A stretch of DNA of 61,516 nt, filler included, from Sphacelaria rigidula (lineage: Eukaryota), in the NCBI GenBank assembly GCA_964200075.2. It is 3 parts of 3 records of this genome, joined end to end, with 100 filler letters (N's around TTAATTAATTAA, not from the genome) between each part and the next. Parts side by side here need not be neighbours in the genome. Positions count along the whole stretch, not along the records: positions 20,562 to 41,016 come from CAXNAA020000530.1; positions 41,117 to 61,516 come from CAXNAA020000532.1; 1 more part is not named here. The stretch is one strand, 5' to 3'. The translations under genes were made by a program, and so were the position numbers. Shown here in pieces: positions 37,415-49,921 of the stretch; the first letter of the stretch is position 1, and every line of letters starts with the position of its first letter. The notes under the pieces were generated by a model that searched no databases, was not told the DNA's origin, and saw nothing but the letters and a program-made list of their open reading frames with translations.

Positions 37415-37748
37415 CACCCGGTAACCTCGAAATATTCTGACGGTTGGGATGTGGGTTTGAATCTCGGTGAAGTCACACGATCTGGGATTTTTTCTCACAT
37501 CGTGCCTAACAGCGGAGAGCGACTATGTCGTGGCTACACAAAGTTCGACTTCACGATCGACGAGAGAAAGGGACCGCTTAACCCCTCTCGCGATAAAAAC
37601 TAAGGCAACCCCCTCAGAAGGAAGGTCGAGAACTAGAACGAAGTCAAGAAGAAAAACTCCTCTGTTGACCTCCCTCTTGTGTACTCGGGCTGATGCGCCC
37701 ACATAGACCGAAAGTTGTTAGACTGGCGTGCAGAAAAGGTGGGATGAC
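37415..37748 (+). mobile_element. SINE family A copy (A box partly deleted)
   Basis: Matches the reverse complement of 31585-31916. Confidence 0.7.
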
Positions 37749-37910
37749 AACACACAACATACGGTGTCCAGATTCTTTCAGAGCATACGGCATGTGACAG
37801 CTCTGGAATTAGACTCTTCTTTTCTTGAGTTACTCGCCGCGAAGCACTCTCGAGGGTCAAGAATACTCGAGAGTATGCGGTATGTGAAACCTGTGGAGAG
37901 TACATAATGC

Positions 37911-39649
37911 CAAGGTTGTGTTCTGTAGGGTATGGTTTTCTGTATACCCGGGGTATTTTGCCGGGTATTTACCGTACCCGACACTTCTGTGACTTTTGTA
38001 AGACTTTCATACCGATACCCGACAATTCTTTCATCTCTGTAAGACGTCCATATCCTTCCCCGATTGTTCTGTAATCTCTGTCAGACTCCCGTACCGTTAC
38101 CGGGGGGCACGGGTTCGCTTTTGATAAGATACCTGACTGCGGGTACGGTTTTCTGTGCAACCTCCATAACCTACCCGACAGTTCTGTGAGTTATGTAAGC
38201 CTCCCACATCCTTACACGACAGTTCTGTGAGTTCTGTACGGAATGTTTGGCCGTACCCGGAGCGCGGGTATGCTGTTGAAGAAATACCCGATTGCCGGTA
38301 CCGGTTATCTGTAAGCCTCCTACACCGTACCCGACAAGTTCTGTGATTTCTGTAAGGCTTTCATCTATTACTGGTACCCGACAGTTCTGTGAGCTCTGTA
38401 AGCCTCCCATACCCCTACCTCGGGTTCAGGTATACCATTATAGATATACCCGATTGCAGGTATGAGCACAGGTATATACCTTGGGGAGGTACGGATATAG
38501 GTTCAATCCAAACACAACTTCATGACCTGAACATGTACCTCCCATCGAACAAACCCCCCGACTCCTTCATTAAAAACTGCACATCAACAACAATTCAATG
38601 CCGAGAAGTTGTGTAGTCTGGGATCTGACGGGATACGAGGTACGCTGAGTGGAAACACGAAACATGATTAGACCTGCAGACCGTCAGGATGGACCACCCC
38701 CAGACTCGCGAGTGGTGGCTCGAGCAGGGGTGGTTCCTCTGCACCACCAGAGGATCAAGTTGCAAGACGCACGTCATCGACGTTGATGATGGTTGTGTCA
38801 TGGTCATCACACCCCAGGCCGTTATCGACATGTACAGCACAGAGTATATGAGCTGCCACCGAAAGTCGTCAAGGCCATCGGCGATTTTGTCGCGTACCGA
38901 CGGGCTTCCGGAGAACGGGCAGCCGTGAATGCTCCTTCATGCACTCTCTGGGAGTGTACGTAAAGCCGATAGATGTTGACGATCCCTGTACTACTGCGAT
39001 TGCTCGTGTAGTCTTTCTCTATCAACCCCATGAAGCTGTTTGGAGTTTTCGTGAAGTGTCATCTGTATTCCTCCACTGTTGTAGTGACGTAGGTCCCACC
39101 GCAGGGGTGATGATAATACGATAATACCAAGGTCGTGTTCTGTAGGGTACGGTTTTCTGTATACCCGGGGTGTTCTCCTGGGTATTTACCGTACCCGACA
39201 GTTCTGTAAACTCTGTAAGATTTCCAGACCGGTGCCCGACAGTCCTGTAATCTCTGTAAAACCTTCATACCTGTACCCGATAGTCCTGTGAGTTCCGTTA
39301 CCGAGGGGCACGGGTTCGCTCTTGGTAAGATACCTGATTACGGGTACGGTTTTCTGTGCAACTTCCATACCCTACCCGACAGTTTCTGTGAGTTATGTAA
39401 GCCTCCCATACCCTTACCCGACAGTTCTGTGAGTTCTGTACAAAAACTATATCCTAACCCGAGGGGCGGGTATGCTCCAAAAGAGGCACCCGATCGCCGG
39501 TACGGGTCATCTGTGAGCCTCCCGTACCGTACCCGACAAGTTCTGTACTCTCTGTAAGAGTTTCATGCCGGTACCCGACAGTTCTGTAAATTGTGTAACG
39601 AATCTCATACCTTACAGAACGTACCCGTACCTTACAGAACACAACCTTG
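37911..39649. mobile_element. Composite non-autonomous TIR element (hAT-like), copy 1
   Basis: TIR CAAGGTTGTGTTCTGTA / TACAGAACACAACCTTG; flanks CATAATGC and CATATTTC (6/8 match); internal second left end at 39128; ~41-bp subrepeats. Confidence 0.8.
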
Positions 39650-40905
39650 CATATTTCTCTGAGGGGAACCAAGCCCTTCAGAGGATTGCAGAAGACTAAA
39701 AATACTGTTGAGTGAGCAACAGCGACCACAGTTGAGTATTGCGAAATACTGCGAGGGTCGAAAAAATGTTACGCTTGATGGGAGCCAATTGACCACGTGT
39801 GTCGGCTCAGAGTCCAAATGCCTTCGCGAGCATCGGCGAAGAAATTGCGCTATTTTTTTTTCTTCTCATGAGAGTAGATAGAGTAGATCATTCCGACCAC
39901 TGACGTTTCCTCGTGCATCTGGTGCGGTTTCCGGTAGACTCGTGTTGCAGTCTGGAACTCGCGGTGTGGCCAGATCCGAGGCTTTTCTCATGTGCAAGCC
40001 AAGTTATCTAATGACCATCTTTGAGCTGGGCACAATTGTCACAAGACTATAACTGAACAGCCGGGAGAAGACTCACAGTCCCGCTGCGGCTGATGTACAA
40101 ACTGGTGGAGTCACCAGCTGAAAGGCGACTGTTTGCTCACCCGTGAAAGGTACATGCACACCGCGCACCACGTCTCCACCACCACTTTCGGAGCAATAAG
40201 GGCAGGTACAGAACAATAACCGAAAAGTGAAGTAAATATACTTCTACTGTACACCATGATGTTATCTTCAAATTCGCCTGCTTCCCCGACACGTGGTGGG
40301 CATTGTGGGGAAAAATGTTTCCGACTTACTCGAATTAATCCCTAGATTGCGAGGGTAGTCCATCTGGATGATGCATTTCTCGAGCGAATTTCATGCCGAC
40401 TCAACAGATGATCTACTCTTGCTGCCTAAGGGTCAAAATAAGTTTCATCCGTAACGACTCGCGTCCGAGGCGTCGTGCTAGCATGGCGCACTTGGAACGG
40501 AAGCTTGAGGCACAAGGGGATCGTGCACCCGTCGATCTTCGAAAAACTTCCCGTTTTCACTAGGGTTAAACGTCTCTTGTTCACCCGACCATATTCCCGA
40601 TGCGGTTCTGATAGGACCATGGGAGATTTTCACTTCTGCCTTCCGCTTCGAAGATGGACATGTGCTGCCTTGTATTGGCACGGTCGTTCACATGTACTTC
40701 CGTATCGGCCGGAGTAAGTCCGCCGAAACAGGTGGGCGTGATTTTTTTCTTTTCTCGGAAATGAACGATTTCGAATAACTCTAGTCGTGGACCGTGAACC
40801 GTAACCCTCACCCCAAAGAAGGCATATCGAGAACCCTCGGGCAAGGGAGGTGCTGAGTGTTCCCTGAGCAAAGGGTGCGTTGCGAGACCTCAAATCGGCA
40901 TCGAT

Positions 40906-41016
40906 GACACTTTCTACGATAGCCCCCCCCCGAAAGTGCATGGTTTTGGGAGGCAAAATCTTTACGTAAATCGAAATTGGGAAAGCCGAGCACAACGAGA
41001 AGCTGGGAATTCCCAC
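40906..41016. mobile_element. Half G-tract MITE at contig end
   Basis: Matches the reverse complement of ~5033-5152. Confidence 0.75.
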
Positions 41017-41116
41017 NNNNNNNNNNNNNNNNNNNNNNNNNNNNNNNNNNNNNNNNNNNNTTAATTAATTAANNNNNNNNNNNNNNNNNNNNNNNNNNNN
41101 NNNNNNNNNNNNNNNN
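41017..41116. other. Artificial contig linker
   Basis: 44 N + TTAATTAATTAA + 44 N. Confidence 0.98.
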
Positions 41117-42229
41117 GGAGCACGAGCGAGGACGGGGGGGGGGCGGAGGCGGTGGGCGGCCGGGACGGAAGCGGGCACGGGGGGGGGGGGGGGGGGGGGG
41201 GGGGGGTGAATAAATCCCAACTGCTCTCGTGAACCATTTTACAGACCCAGACCTATATTTCCTAGTTTTACCCTTCTATTGCGCTAGAGCCGAAAGACGT
41301 GCATTCAGACCGAAAACGGTCGATGACACCCCCCTGTGAATTCAGCCCATCAGTTGTTCAACATTCGGCGCAAAAATGGGTTTCGTTTCGAAATGTGGAG
41401 CGGATGCCTAGTATCTCCTGATCCCCAAACTTCGGGATCTCATCACTGGGATGAGCGGTGGCAGCCGAACAAACTACAAAATAATAATCTTCGACAAAGA
41501 AAATTACAAATATCACATGTTCCAGCTGGAAACTACTGTAGGACCCGCAATCAACTGGGCAATCTGGCGCAAAAAACCAAATTCGAAAGCGGTTTGTATG
41601 AGATCGAGTTGTACCCCAAATATGTACATATCTGTGATGTGGGGTTTGGCGGCATCGGATTTTCACTGATAATACGCAATAAAATAACCTGAAAGCCTCT
41701 CGACGGTTACCCTTGTACCTGTCGTAAAAAAGCTCTGGTCATACTCAAACTCCGCACAATGGTGGATATGGGAGCTCCAAATGCAAAAAAAAAAAAAACA
41801 TGAAAGATCGTGGAAGGATACTTGAAAAAAATAGTCGCTCTCTACCGGCTTCCGATGGGTCTCAGCATGAAGACTCCCACAAGCCGATTGCCTCAAAAAA
41901 AAAAAAATTGACTCGTCCCGAGGTAGTCCAAGGAATGTTTGCACAAAGGTTCGTTGCGTAACTCGAGAAGCTGATCCCAGATGATCGATGTAAAATTAAA
42001 CGCACGAGAAAAAAATCGGTAGTATACTATAACCAAGTAGTTGGGGGTTGGTGCGTACATTTATAGACTTCAAAGCACACGCGCGCAATTTCTAACGCGG
42101 GTTTTTCGAGGTATACCCTAATTTTTTGCACTTGTGCTCGGGGATATTTCGAAACTTTGTATAAAGGGGATTTTGTCGCCAGATATTTCAAAACGCCTGC
42201 TGGAACCCCGGATAAGTGACGAAAAAATG

Positions 42230-44212
42230 CGAGGTTGTATTCCGTGGGGTAAGGTCTTCTTTCTGTGCACCCGGGGTATTTTTTCCGGTTTTCATCGTAC
42301 CCGACAGTGCTGGAAACTCTGCAAGATTTTAATACCGGTACCCGACAGTTCCGTGACTTCTATAAGACTCCCGTGCCGTTACCGGGGGGCACGGGTACGC
42401 TCTTGATAAGATATCCGGTTGCGGGTACGGTTTCCTGTGCAACCTCCGTACCCTACCTGACAGTTTCTGTGAGTTCTGCAAGCCTCCCATACCCTTACCC
42501 GACAGTTCTGTGAGTTCTGTACAGAGTGTTTACCCATACCCGGAGCGCGGGTACGCTCTTACAGAAATACTCCATTGCCGGTACGATTTTCGGAAAGCCT
42601 CCCATGCCGTACTCGACAGGTTCTGTAATTTCTGTAAGACCTTCATCCAGTACCGGTACCCAACAGTTCTGTGAGCTCTGTAAGCCTCCCATACTCCTAC
42701 CCGGGGTTAGGGTATACCGTTATAGATATACCCGATTGCAGGTATGAGCACAGTTGTGTACCTTGGGGAGGTAAGAATATAGGCTCAATCCAAACACAAC
42801 CCCATGACCTGAACATGTACCTCCTATCGATCAACACACCTTTATTCATTCAAACTGCACACCAAAAAAAACCGATGTTGAAAAGTGCTCTAGTTTGGAA
42901 TCTGACGGGATACGGGGTACCGCTGAGTGGAGACACGAAAAATGAGCAGCACTGCGCCGCTGCGACTCGGGGGTGTAATGGTCCGTGGAGAGAACGAGGG
43001 TTCGATTTCCGATGTGTTGGCTTTTTTCTTCGTAATGTATTATTTCAACCCTGGAAAGCGTGAGAGCGCGAGGAAACAAAGTACTCGACTATATTTGTGT
43101 AACGTGAGTTGACGCGGTGCGAAAGTGCTGACACAATCTGCGAGACCAAAATGTAAGACGCATACCGGGGGAGAGATAGGTTGATCTCTTGAGACCGAGG
43201 AAGGGGAGAGGTTCAACGTGCGAGGAAGAAAAAAAAAGCTGCAGGCCGTCAGGATGGATCATCCCCAGACTCGGGTGGTGGCGGTTCATCTACGCCACCA
43301 GGGGATCAAGTAGCAAGACGCACGTCATCGACGTTGATGGTGTTTGTGTCGTGGTCATTAAACCCCAGGCCGTTATTGGCATGTACAGCACAGAGTATGA
43401 GCTGTCACCGAAAGTGGTGAAGGCCGTCGGCGATTTTGTCGCGTGCCGAAGGTCTTCCTGAAAGCGGGCAGCCGTGAATGCGCCTTCGTGTACTCTCTAG
43501 AAGTGTACGTGAAGCCGATAGATATTGACGATCCCGTGCCCACGTTCTGCTGCGATCATTCGTGTATTCTTTCTCTATCAACCCCGCCAAGCCGTTCAGA
43601 GTTTTCGTGAACTGTCATCTGTACTTCGCCACTGTTGTAGTGACGTACGTCCCACCACAGGGGTGATGATACTAGCAAGGTCGTGTTTTGTAGGGTATGG
43701 TTTTCTGTATACCCGCGGTATTTTGCGGGGTATTAACCGTACCCAACAGTTCTGGAAACTCTGTAAGACTTCCATACCGGTAACGGAGGACTCTGTAATC
43801 TCTGCAAGACCTTCATACCCGTACCCGATAGTTCCGTGACTTCTGTAAGACTCCCGTACCGTTACCGGGGGGATGGGGATTGCTCTTGACAAGATACCCG
43901 GTTGCGGGTAAGATTTTCTGTGCAACCTCTGTGCCATACCCTACAGTTTCTGTGAGTTCTGCAAGCCTCCCATACCCTCACCCGACAGTTCTGGGAGTTC
44001 TGTACAAAACTTCACCCTAACCCGAGGGACGGGTATGCCCTAAAGGAGTTACCCAATTGCCGGTACCGGGTTTCTCGAAGCCTCCTATACCGTACCCAAC
44101 AAGTCCTTTAATTTCTGTAAGACTCTCATACAGGTACCCGATATTTCTGTAAGTTCTGTAAGGAATCCCATACCCTTCAGAACGTGCCCGTACCTTACAG
44201 AACATGACCTTG
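42230..44212. mobile_element. Composite non-autonomous TIR element (hAT-like), copy 2, carrying a SINE insertion
   Basis: Colinear with 37911-39649; flanks AAAAAATG and GAAAAATG (7/8 match); internal left end at 43676. Confidence 0.8.
42960..43240 (+). mobile_element. tRNA-derived SINE family B nested in the composite element
   Basis: Matches 20968-21265; absent at the homologous site of copy 1 (~38675). Confidence 0.75.
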
Positions 44213-45303
44213 GAAAAATGATGACAAAAAAAATAATCAGAGAGAGTTTCGAAATATCCCAGAGCACACTTGTGCAAAATCTCAGGGTCAAACTCGAAAA
44301 ACCCGCGAAAGAAATCCCTGGAGAGTGAATTTTGGTCGTCCTGTATGATGCCAAAACCAGGACGTAGGGGGCGGGTACGGTGCCACAAGTGAGAGACGCA
44401 GCACTTGTAACCAACGTCAAGACGTGGGCCGTCCTTTGAGGTTTAAAAAGTACAGTCTGAAAAAAAACTTATTTAGCGTTTCGGCTGTATTTCTTGTGAT
44501 GAGATGGCCAGTAATACCGTCCTGTAGGTGGATTGTGCAACTTCGGAATAACTCTCTATGTGCACTCGCTGCCTGGGAGGATTCGAGCACATTTTGCTGA
44601 GTTATGGTGCACGAGGTGTGACTCTCAGCCGGATTAGGATACTTTCAATTAAAAAAAAGCACCTGTACCCACCTATATCCACGTTTTGTGTTAGCTGATC
44701 TTCTTCAGGGCCCCCCCATGTGCACCATCTTGCATGACTTCGAACATGGATGACTTTGAACACGTTCTGCTCAGTTTGAAATTTTGAAATTTCCTCACTC
44801 GGCCCGCAGCCGAACCGCATCCACGAAAAAACGGAAATCGGCAAGTATAATAATACTGTAGTTATTATTATTATTTTATTATTTTTTCCGCACATCAGTC
44901 CGATCTCGGCAAGGTGCGGTGAAATTCTCTCGGGGAGTGTTGTCGGGTGTGCCATTTCGAGGTGGCAGAATCGGCATAACTCTATTTCTAGTAGAAGAAA
45001 AGACGAAGTCCTCTCGTCCGGCATTTTTCAGAAAATTACTTTGGCAAACCACATGAAGACCACGGGAAAGAATTCCGACACTCAGGCGGAGAGGATTAGA
45101 GTTCAACAGTCGGCAAGTACCGCGGGGTTCCACATGTAAATTTGTAAATTTGATCAGTGATTCCGCAGCCATGTTTTCATGCTCATGGTCAACCATACTC
45201 TTTGCAGAACAGTACTCGTAGAAACGGTGGTAGAGAAGACTTTGTGGCACACACATCAGTTGCACGGGTTTCTCAAATCACCATAGCCAAACAACCACCT
45301 CAC

Positions 45304-45694
45304 CGCATGAAAGCACTCCACCACAGACCCCACAGCATGCCCCTGCTCGGCCTCCTGGGATCGGGTTTTCGCTCGTTTCCGCCTGCCACCACCCCCTCCT
45401 ATCTGCCCCACACTGGCTCTCTCGCTGTCAGCGTTTGCTTCCACACAGTCCTCTTTGAAACAACCGCTTGTCTCCTCTCCCTTGCTATCGTCTGCAGCTT
45501 CTACTAATGATGCAACAACACCCTCACCACCATCATGTCGGGTAGAGGTATTGTGACCGTCGTCACAAGCAAGCACGGCTGAGTCTACCAAAGAGGACAC
45601 AAGGCGTTTGATCCACCGCAGCACCTCCAGCTGAACCTCGTACGGCTTGTCCGTCAACTCTGCCTTCGTCAGCACAAGGTTTCTTGGGCTCATC
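45304..45694 (-). CDS. Unknown gene C exon (MSPRNLVLTKAELTDKPYEVQLEVLRWIKRLV...VECFHA)
   Basis: TCAAG| ... GCG|GTGAGG; ~130 protein-like codons; neighbouring candidate exons near 46200-46255 and 45120-45240 are unresolved. Confidence 0.55.
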
Positions 45695-45778
45695 CTTGAT
45701 CACAATTCAGGACCGATGGTCACACCTCCCGAATCCGTTCACTGCACTACCTTCGGCCTATGTACGACACACAAGTAG

Positions 45779-45816
45779 CACCGCACCGCACCGCACCGCA
45801 CCGCACCGCACCGCAC
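45779..45816. repeat. (CACCG)n microsatellite
   Basis: Direct reading. Confidence 0.9.
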
Positions 45817-46871
45817 TGATGGACAGTGCTCGATAGCAGAAATATGTACAGTATCTGCATGATGGAGGGTAGATGCCCTTATTTTGAAGGGTAGGTACCC
45901 ATGTGTGTTTTCATAAGGAGTAGCAGAAATATGAAAAAATACGAAAAATGGGTCAGTTCCAGTGTTCCAGTACAGTCAGTGTACAGAGGACAATACGGCA
46001 CCGTTGTGCACCACGGTCACGCCGTGAAGTGCCGCCGCAGGAGGCGGAACAGAGACGAAGAAGGAAGCTTGGGAGTCAGGAGGATAGGGAGCTGTTACGA
46101 CGTGGTGGTGTCAATCAGTATGCAGCACGTATCTCTCTAATTCCCAGCCCCAAGATTCAAACGGGGTTGTGTACTTGTCCGGTTTACTTCAAACGCTCAC
46201 ATCAGATCAGTTGTGTCAACGTGCAGTTGGTCGTCTTCGGAGGGTTGCTGCTGATCTGGTTTAAACGCTCCAGAGAGTATACACCCGGGGGGGAAAGAAC
46301 AACATGGGAGAGGGTACGAGACTAGCAGCAGCACTGGCACTGTTAACTCTCCTATCAAGCAGCTCTGGCTTGATTCTCCTTCCGCACACCAAGCCGCTGG
46401 CACGACGGCTTGGAGGTCAGGACCACCCTCGACATTTGTGTGATAGGTGAGGTCGTTCACCGTCAAGCTTTCGTCTCGTGTCAGTCTGTCCACCAAATTA
46501 TATAAATGAAGATATGTGTGTTCAAGAGCTGTATGTCAGTTGTACTCACATCTAGGTGTATGTACTCTCCGTGCAGTCCTCCCAGCCCCTACATGCTGAC
46601 CAAGCAAGTAGGGTGCTGTTGTTATTCACTCTGTGATCCCGGCATTTGCCTGTGGGGTAGATGGCTGTAATACCACACGCTGGTCTACTCGATTCCCCAA
46701 GTCTTGCGTCACCTAGTGTTTTTTGTGTTTACGAGACCAAGCATTCTCCCCCAAAACATGCGCACTGCAAGGTTGACCAGCACCGAAACATGAGCAGCAC
46801 TTTCTTGCACTCTGTAGATCAAGCTATGCCATCATGGTCGATGCTCCAGCCGTCTGTATGCCACCCTTTCA

Positions 46872-47000
46872 ATGCTATCGTCATCTTGCGCTATGGCGAC
46901 GCGCGGCAGGGATATTAGGTGCAGGCCGGCAACAGCTCGCGCTGTTCGTGCACCGCCGCTTCGCGCGGTCGTGCTGGGACGAGGTAAGCAACACGTGGGT

Positions 47001-47032
<32 letters not shown>

Positions 47033-47969
47033 CAGTAGCAGTAGCAACAGTAGCGAAAACACTGGCGAAGACGGTGAAGGATCCGCAATCGCAGCAACGA
47101 CGACGACGACGACGAGCCAAGTCGCTGCGCAACAACGACGATATGGGTTCGGTGAGGGTCACTCTGTGAGGCACAGCACTCCAGCAGCGACAAACGGGTA
47201 TTCCAGTGTACTGGGCGGCGTCCGGATTAAAAACGGGGCGGATAGCGCGACACGTGGGGCAATACGACGACCACCACCGACAGCGTCTGTATCACCAGCA
47301 CCGCCCATAGCACAAGTTAGTAGCGAGAAAATCAATACCTCAGTCGGTAGCAGTAGCACTAGTGCCGATATCACAAGCATCAACGGGGACCCAACGCCGA
47401 CATCAACGTTAAGTTCCGCTTTGAATCAGGACGGTCGTGCAGACAATCAAATCTCCGTGGATGTGTCTGTTCCAGACACCGCGCAAGAAAAACGCCTCTC
47501 GGAGCGGGGGGGGGTCGTAGCTGCCCCAACCGGCACACCGGGGGAACCGCCTTCGTTGTTCGCGGGGGATGTTGAACGGGCAAAAGAGCGTGCAGCTTCG
47601 AGAGCGGCAGCTTCTAAACACACAGGAGATAGAGGCACGGATACATATGCCGGAGCAGCGCCGGTCGTTGGCACCACGTCAGCTGTGGCGATGGAAAAGG
47701 AGCGCTTGGATGCCGTGGGGGCTGACGGGGGCCAAAGGGAGGGCGATGCGGTGGCTTCCGGCGTGGTCAAGAGGTGGAAAAAACGAATGACCTTCGTGGT
47801 AAGAACAGTACAGATCTGGGCGTTCTTATTTCACGTGTTGATCAAGCTTTTTCGGCAAAAACTGGTCCAAGCAGATGAAGTTCGCATGTCGGCACGGCGA
47901 CGGAAGCTCGGCAGGTACCTCTGCCGCGCGTTTCTCAAGCTTGGACCCACATTCATCAAGATCGGCCAG
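46872..47969 (+). CDS. ABC1/UbiB-family atypical kinase (ABC1K7/8-like), exon 1
   Basis: Long S/T-rich N-terminus ending in FLKLGPTFIKIGQ|GTGCGT; start codon uncertain. Confidence 0.85.
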
Positions 47970-49192
47970 GTGCGTGTACGAGTACCGCGTGTGAGGGGTG
48001 TGCCTGTGGCGTCTGGGAGTTTCGTGTCTTTGCTGTGTGGACGCCATTTTTCCGTTGCCAGCACCCCGGGGCAGGTGCTGTACTTCGCTGTAGCACGATC
48101 TAGGGGAGGATGGTAGGTTTTCGTAGAAATCCAAGGTTTGTGTTGGTGGAGCGGATGACGAATTATAGGCGTGGAAGTTTTGAGTTGGCGAATGACACTC
48201 GGCAGGCTGGCAGGAATCAATCAGGACGGGCAACGCCCACGACCCCACGCCCTCAGTCGGGGTCAGTTCCCAAGCTCAAAGCACTCCACACCCGCAAGTG
48301 TTGAGCAAGGGAACGATAACTCACGTGCAAGACAGTCAGGTACAGTAGAGTAGTAGTCCTCGAACATTATTTCGCCCGCCCGCTGCCCTATTAGTCGAGA
48401 GCGGGTCGAACCAGGGTAAAACCCATGGTTCATATTTGTGTTGACTCTCTTGTATTTGTTTTGTGTTCCGTGTTCCACTACTTTTTTTTTTCTTCTTTGT
48501 CGAATGCGGGGAAGAAGAGTTGACCACCCCCGAAGAAAAGGCGGATCAACAATCAAGAACCGAAGTCATGGTTTAGCCCGATAGCTGGTGTACCCACTGC
48601 GACAAGGTCGCAGCTGAGCATGGTCAGTCTCTTTCCGTTGCCTTTCATTTTTTTTTTTCCTTCTCTAGTTTATTCAAGTCTTGGCTTGTCTTGATGCATC
48701 CATAATCCTTGAGCAACAAACAAGAAATTGTACTATTACGCCCGATGTTGAATCTTCAGTATTGCGAGTCTGAGCATCACGGCTAATGTGAGGGGAAAAC
48801 GCTGTGGCGCTTTTGTTGTAAATAGTCACTGCCCGTCAGCGGGGCAACAGTTTCGGCGTCTGAAAAAGTATGTTCGTGCGGAAGGTTAAATGCTGTCGTG
48901 CCGGCCGGTGCTACTGTACTTTGTCATCATTTTTCGCGAGCAGGAGTATCCAGGCGCCGAGCTCCTCGCAGCCTCCACGTTTGTTGGACCCTACGTACCC
49001 ACCTGGACAAAACCCCAACTATCCTATCTGTCAAAAGGCACTAGCACAGCGGTAAGCTCACGTGTGATTCCCCCCATTCGCTCCGTCTCGAAAGGGATGG
49101 GTAGTCAATGGTCAAACTATTGATATCAAGGCAAGCAACGAATGAGCACACCCCCGCCATAAACGCATATTTACGCATATTTTGATTGTCAG

Positions 49193-49381
49193 TTATTATC
49201 CACAAGAGTGGACCTGCTCTCTAAGGAGTACATTGAGGAGCTCAAGCAGCTGCAGGATAACGTGCCTGGCTTTGGAGAGAAAAAGGCCGTGGAGATCATA
49301 GAACGGGAACTAGGAGCACCAGTGTGCGAGTTGTTTGACACCTTCAACACGACACCGCTCGCTGCGGCGAGCTTAGGACAG
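49193..49381 (+). CDS. ABC1 kinase exon 2
   Basis: LLSTRVDLL...[10 protein letters not shown]...PLAAASLGQ; canonical splice sites, phase 0 to 0. Confidence 0.95.
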
Positions 49382-49921
49382 GTGAGTATGGTGATGTCGT
49401 CAATATTCATGGCCAGGGCAGGATAATTCGTCAACCTTGAGCTTGTAATTACTGGCATCCGCTTGTTATGATTGATGAGCTTTCCCCCAATGATGTGGAC
49501 TTGACGGCGCGTACTATTTCGGAAGGAGTTGCCCGCCCGAGCCGGTGTTCCGTATGCGCGTCTTCTTGGGTTCTTGGAGGGCACCACGTGGCGGAAACGC
49601 TCTTGTCGGCGGTGATGAGGGAGAAGCAGGAGTATCACAATACTTGGTATACGGTGTGTAGTCCAGTCCAGTTCGTGCTCCGAGGCTCCAATAAGACGTT
49701 GGACCAGGGTTACGCCTTAGCGACGAGATCACTTACGGCGGCTTGTGTTAGCGCGATCCTTTCAGCTCTGCACTTCCTATCGGGCGTGCACGGGAGGCAC
49801 CCGTGTTTTCCGCTGCTGGTACCTCAGACTTGCACCGACTTGGGCTATTTCGTAAATAGCACACGTGGAATAGACGCCACCACCATTCCCCCTGCTGTAT
49901 GATGAATTGATCCCGCGACAG

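Noticed and set aside
37911..39649. Regularly spaced ~41-bp repeats resembling a CRISPR array
   Set aside because: The units are degenerate along their whole length with no unique spacers, lie inside TIRs, and there are no cas genes; the context is eukaryotic.
30125..40117. A minus-strand multi-exon gene built from ORFs at 30125-30499, 31137-31427, 34090-34338 and 36941-37270
   Set aside because: Splice signals and phases chain better on the plus strand (gene B); the minus frames look like shadows.
20443..41016. The ends of pieces 1 and 2 overlap by 19 bp in reverse complement (GTGGGAATTCCCAGCTTCT), suggesting piece 2 is simply inverted
   Set aside because: Both ends lie in the same MITE family, but the outer flanks give no TSD (TTTA versus ATCG) and piece 2 does not resume the foldback MITE interrupted at 20305. 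They are different insertions.
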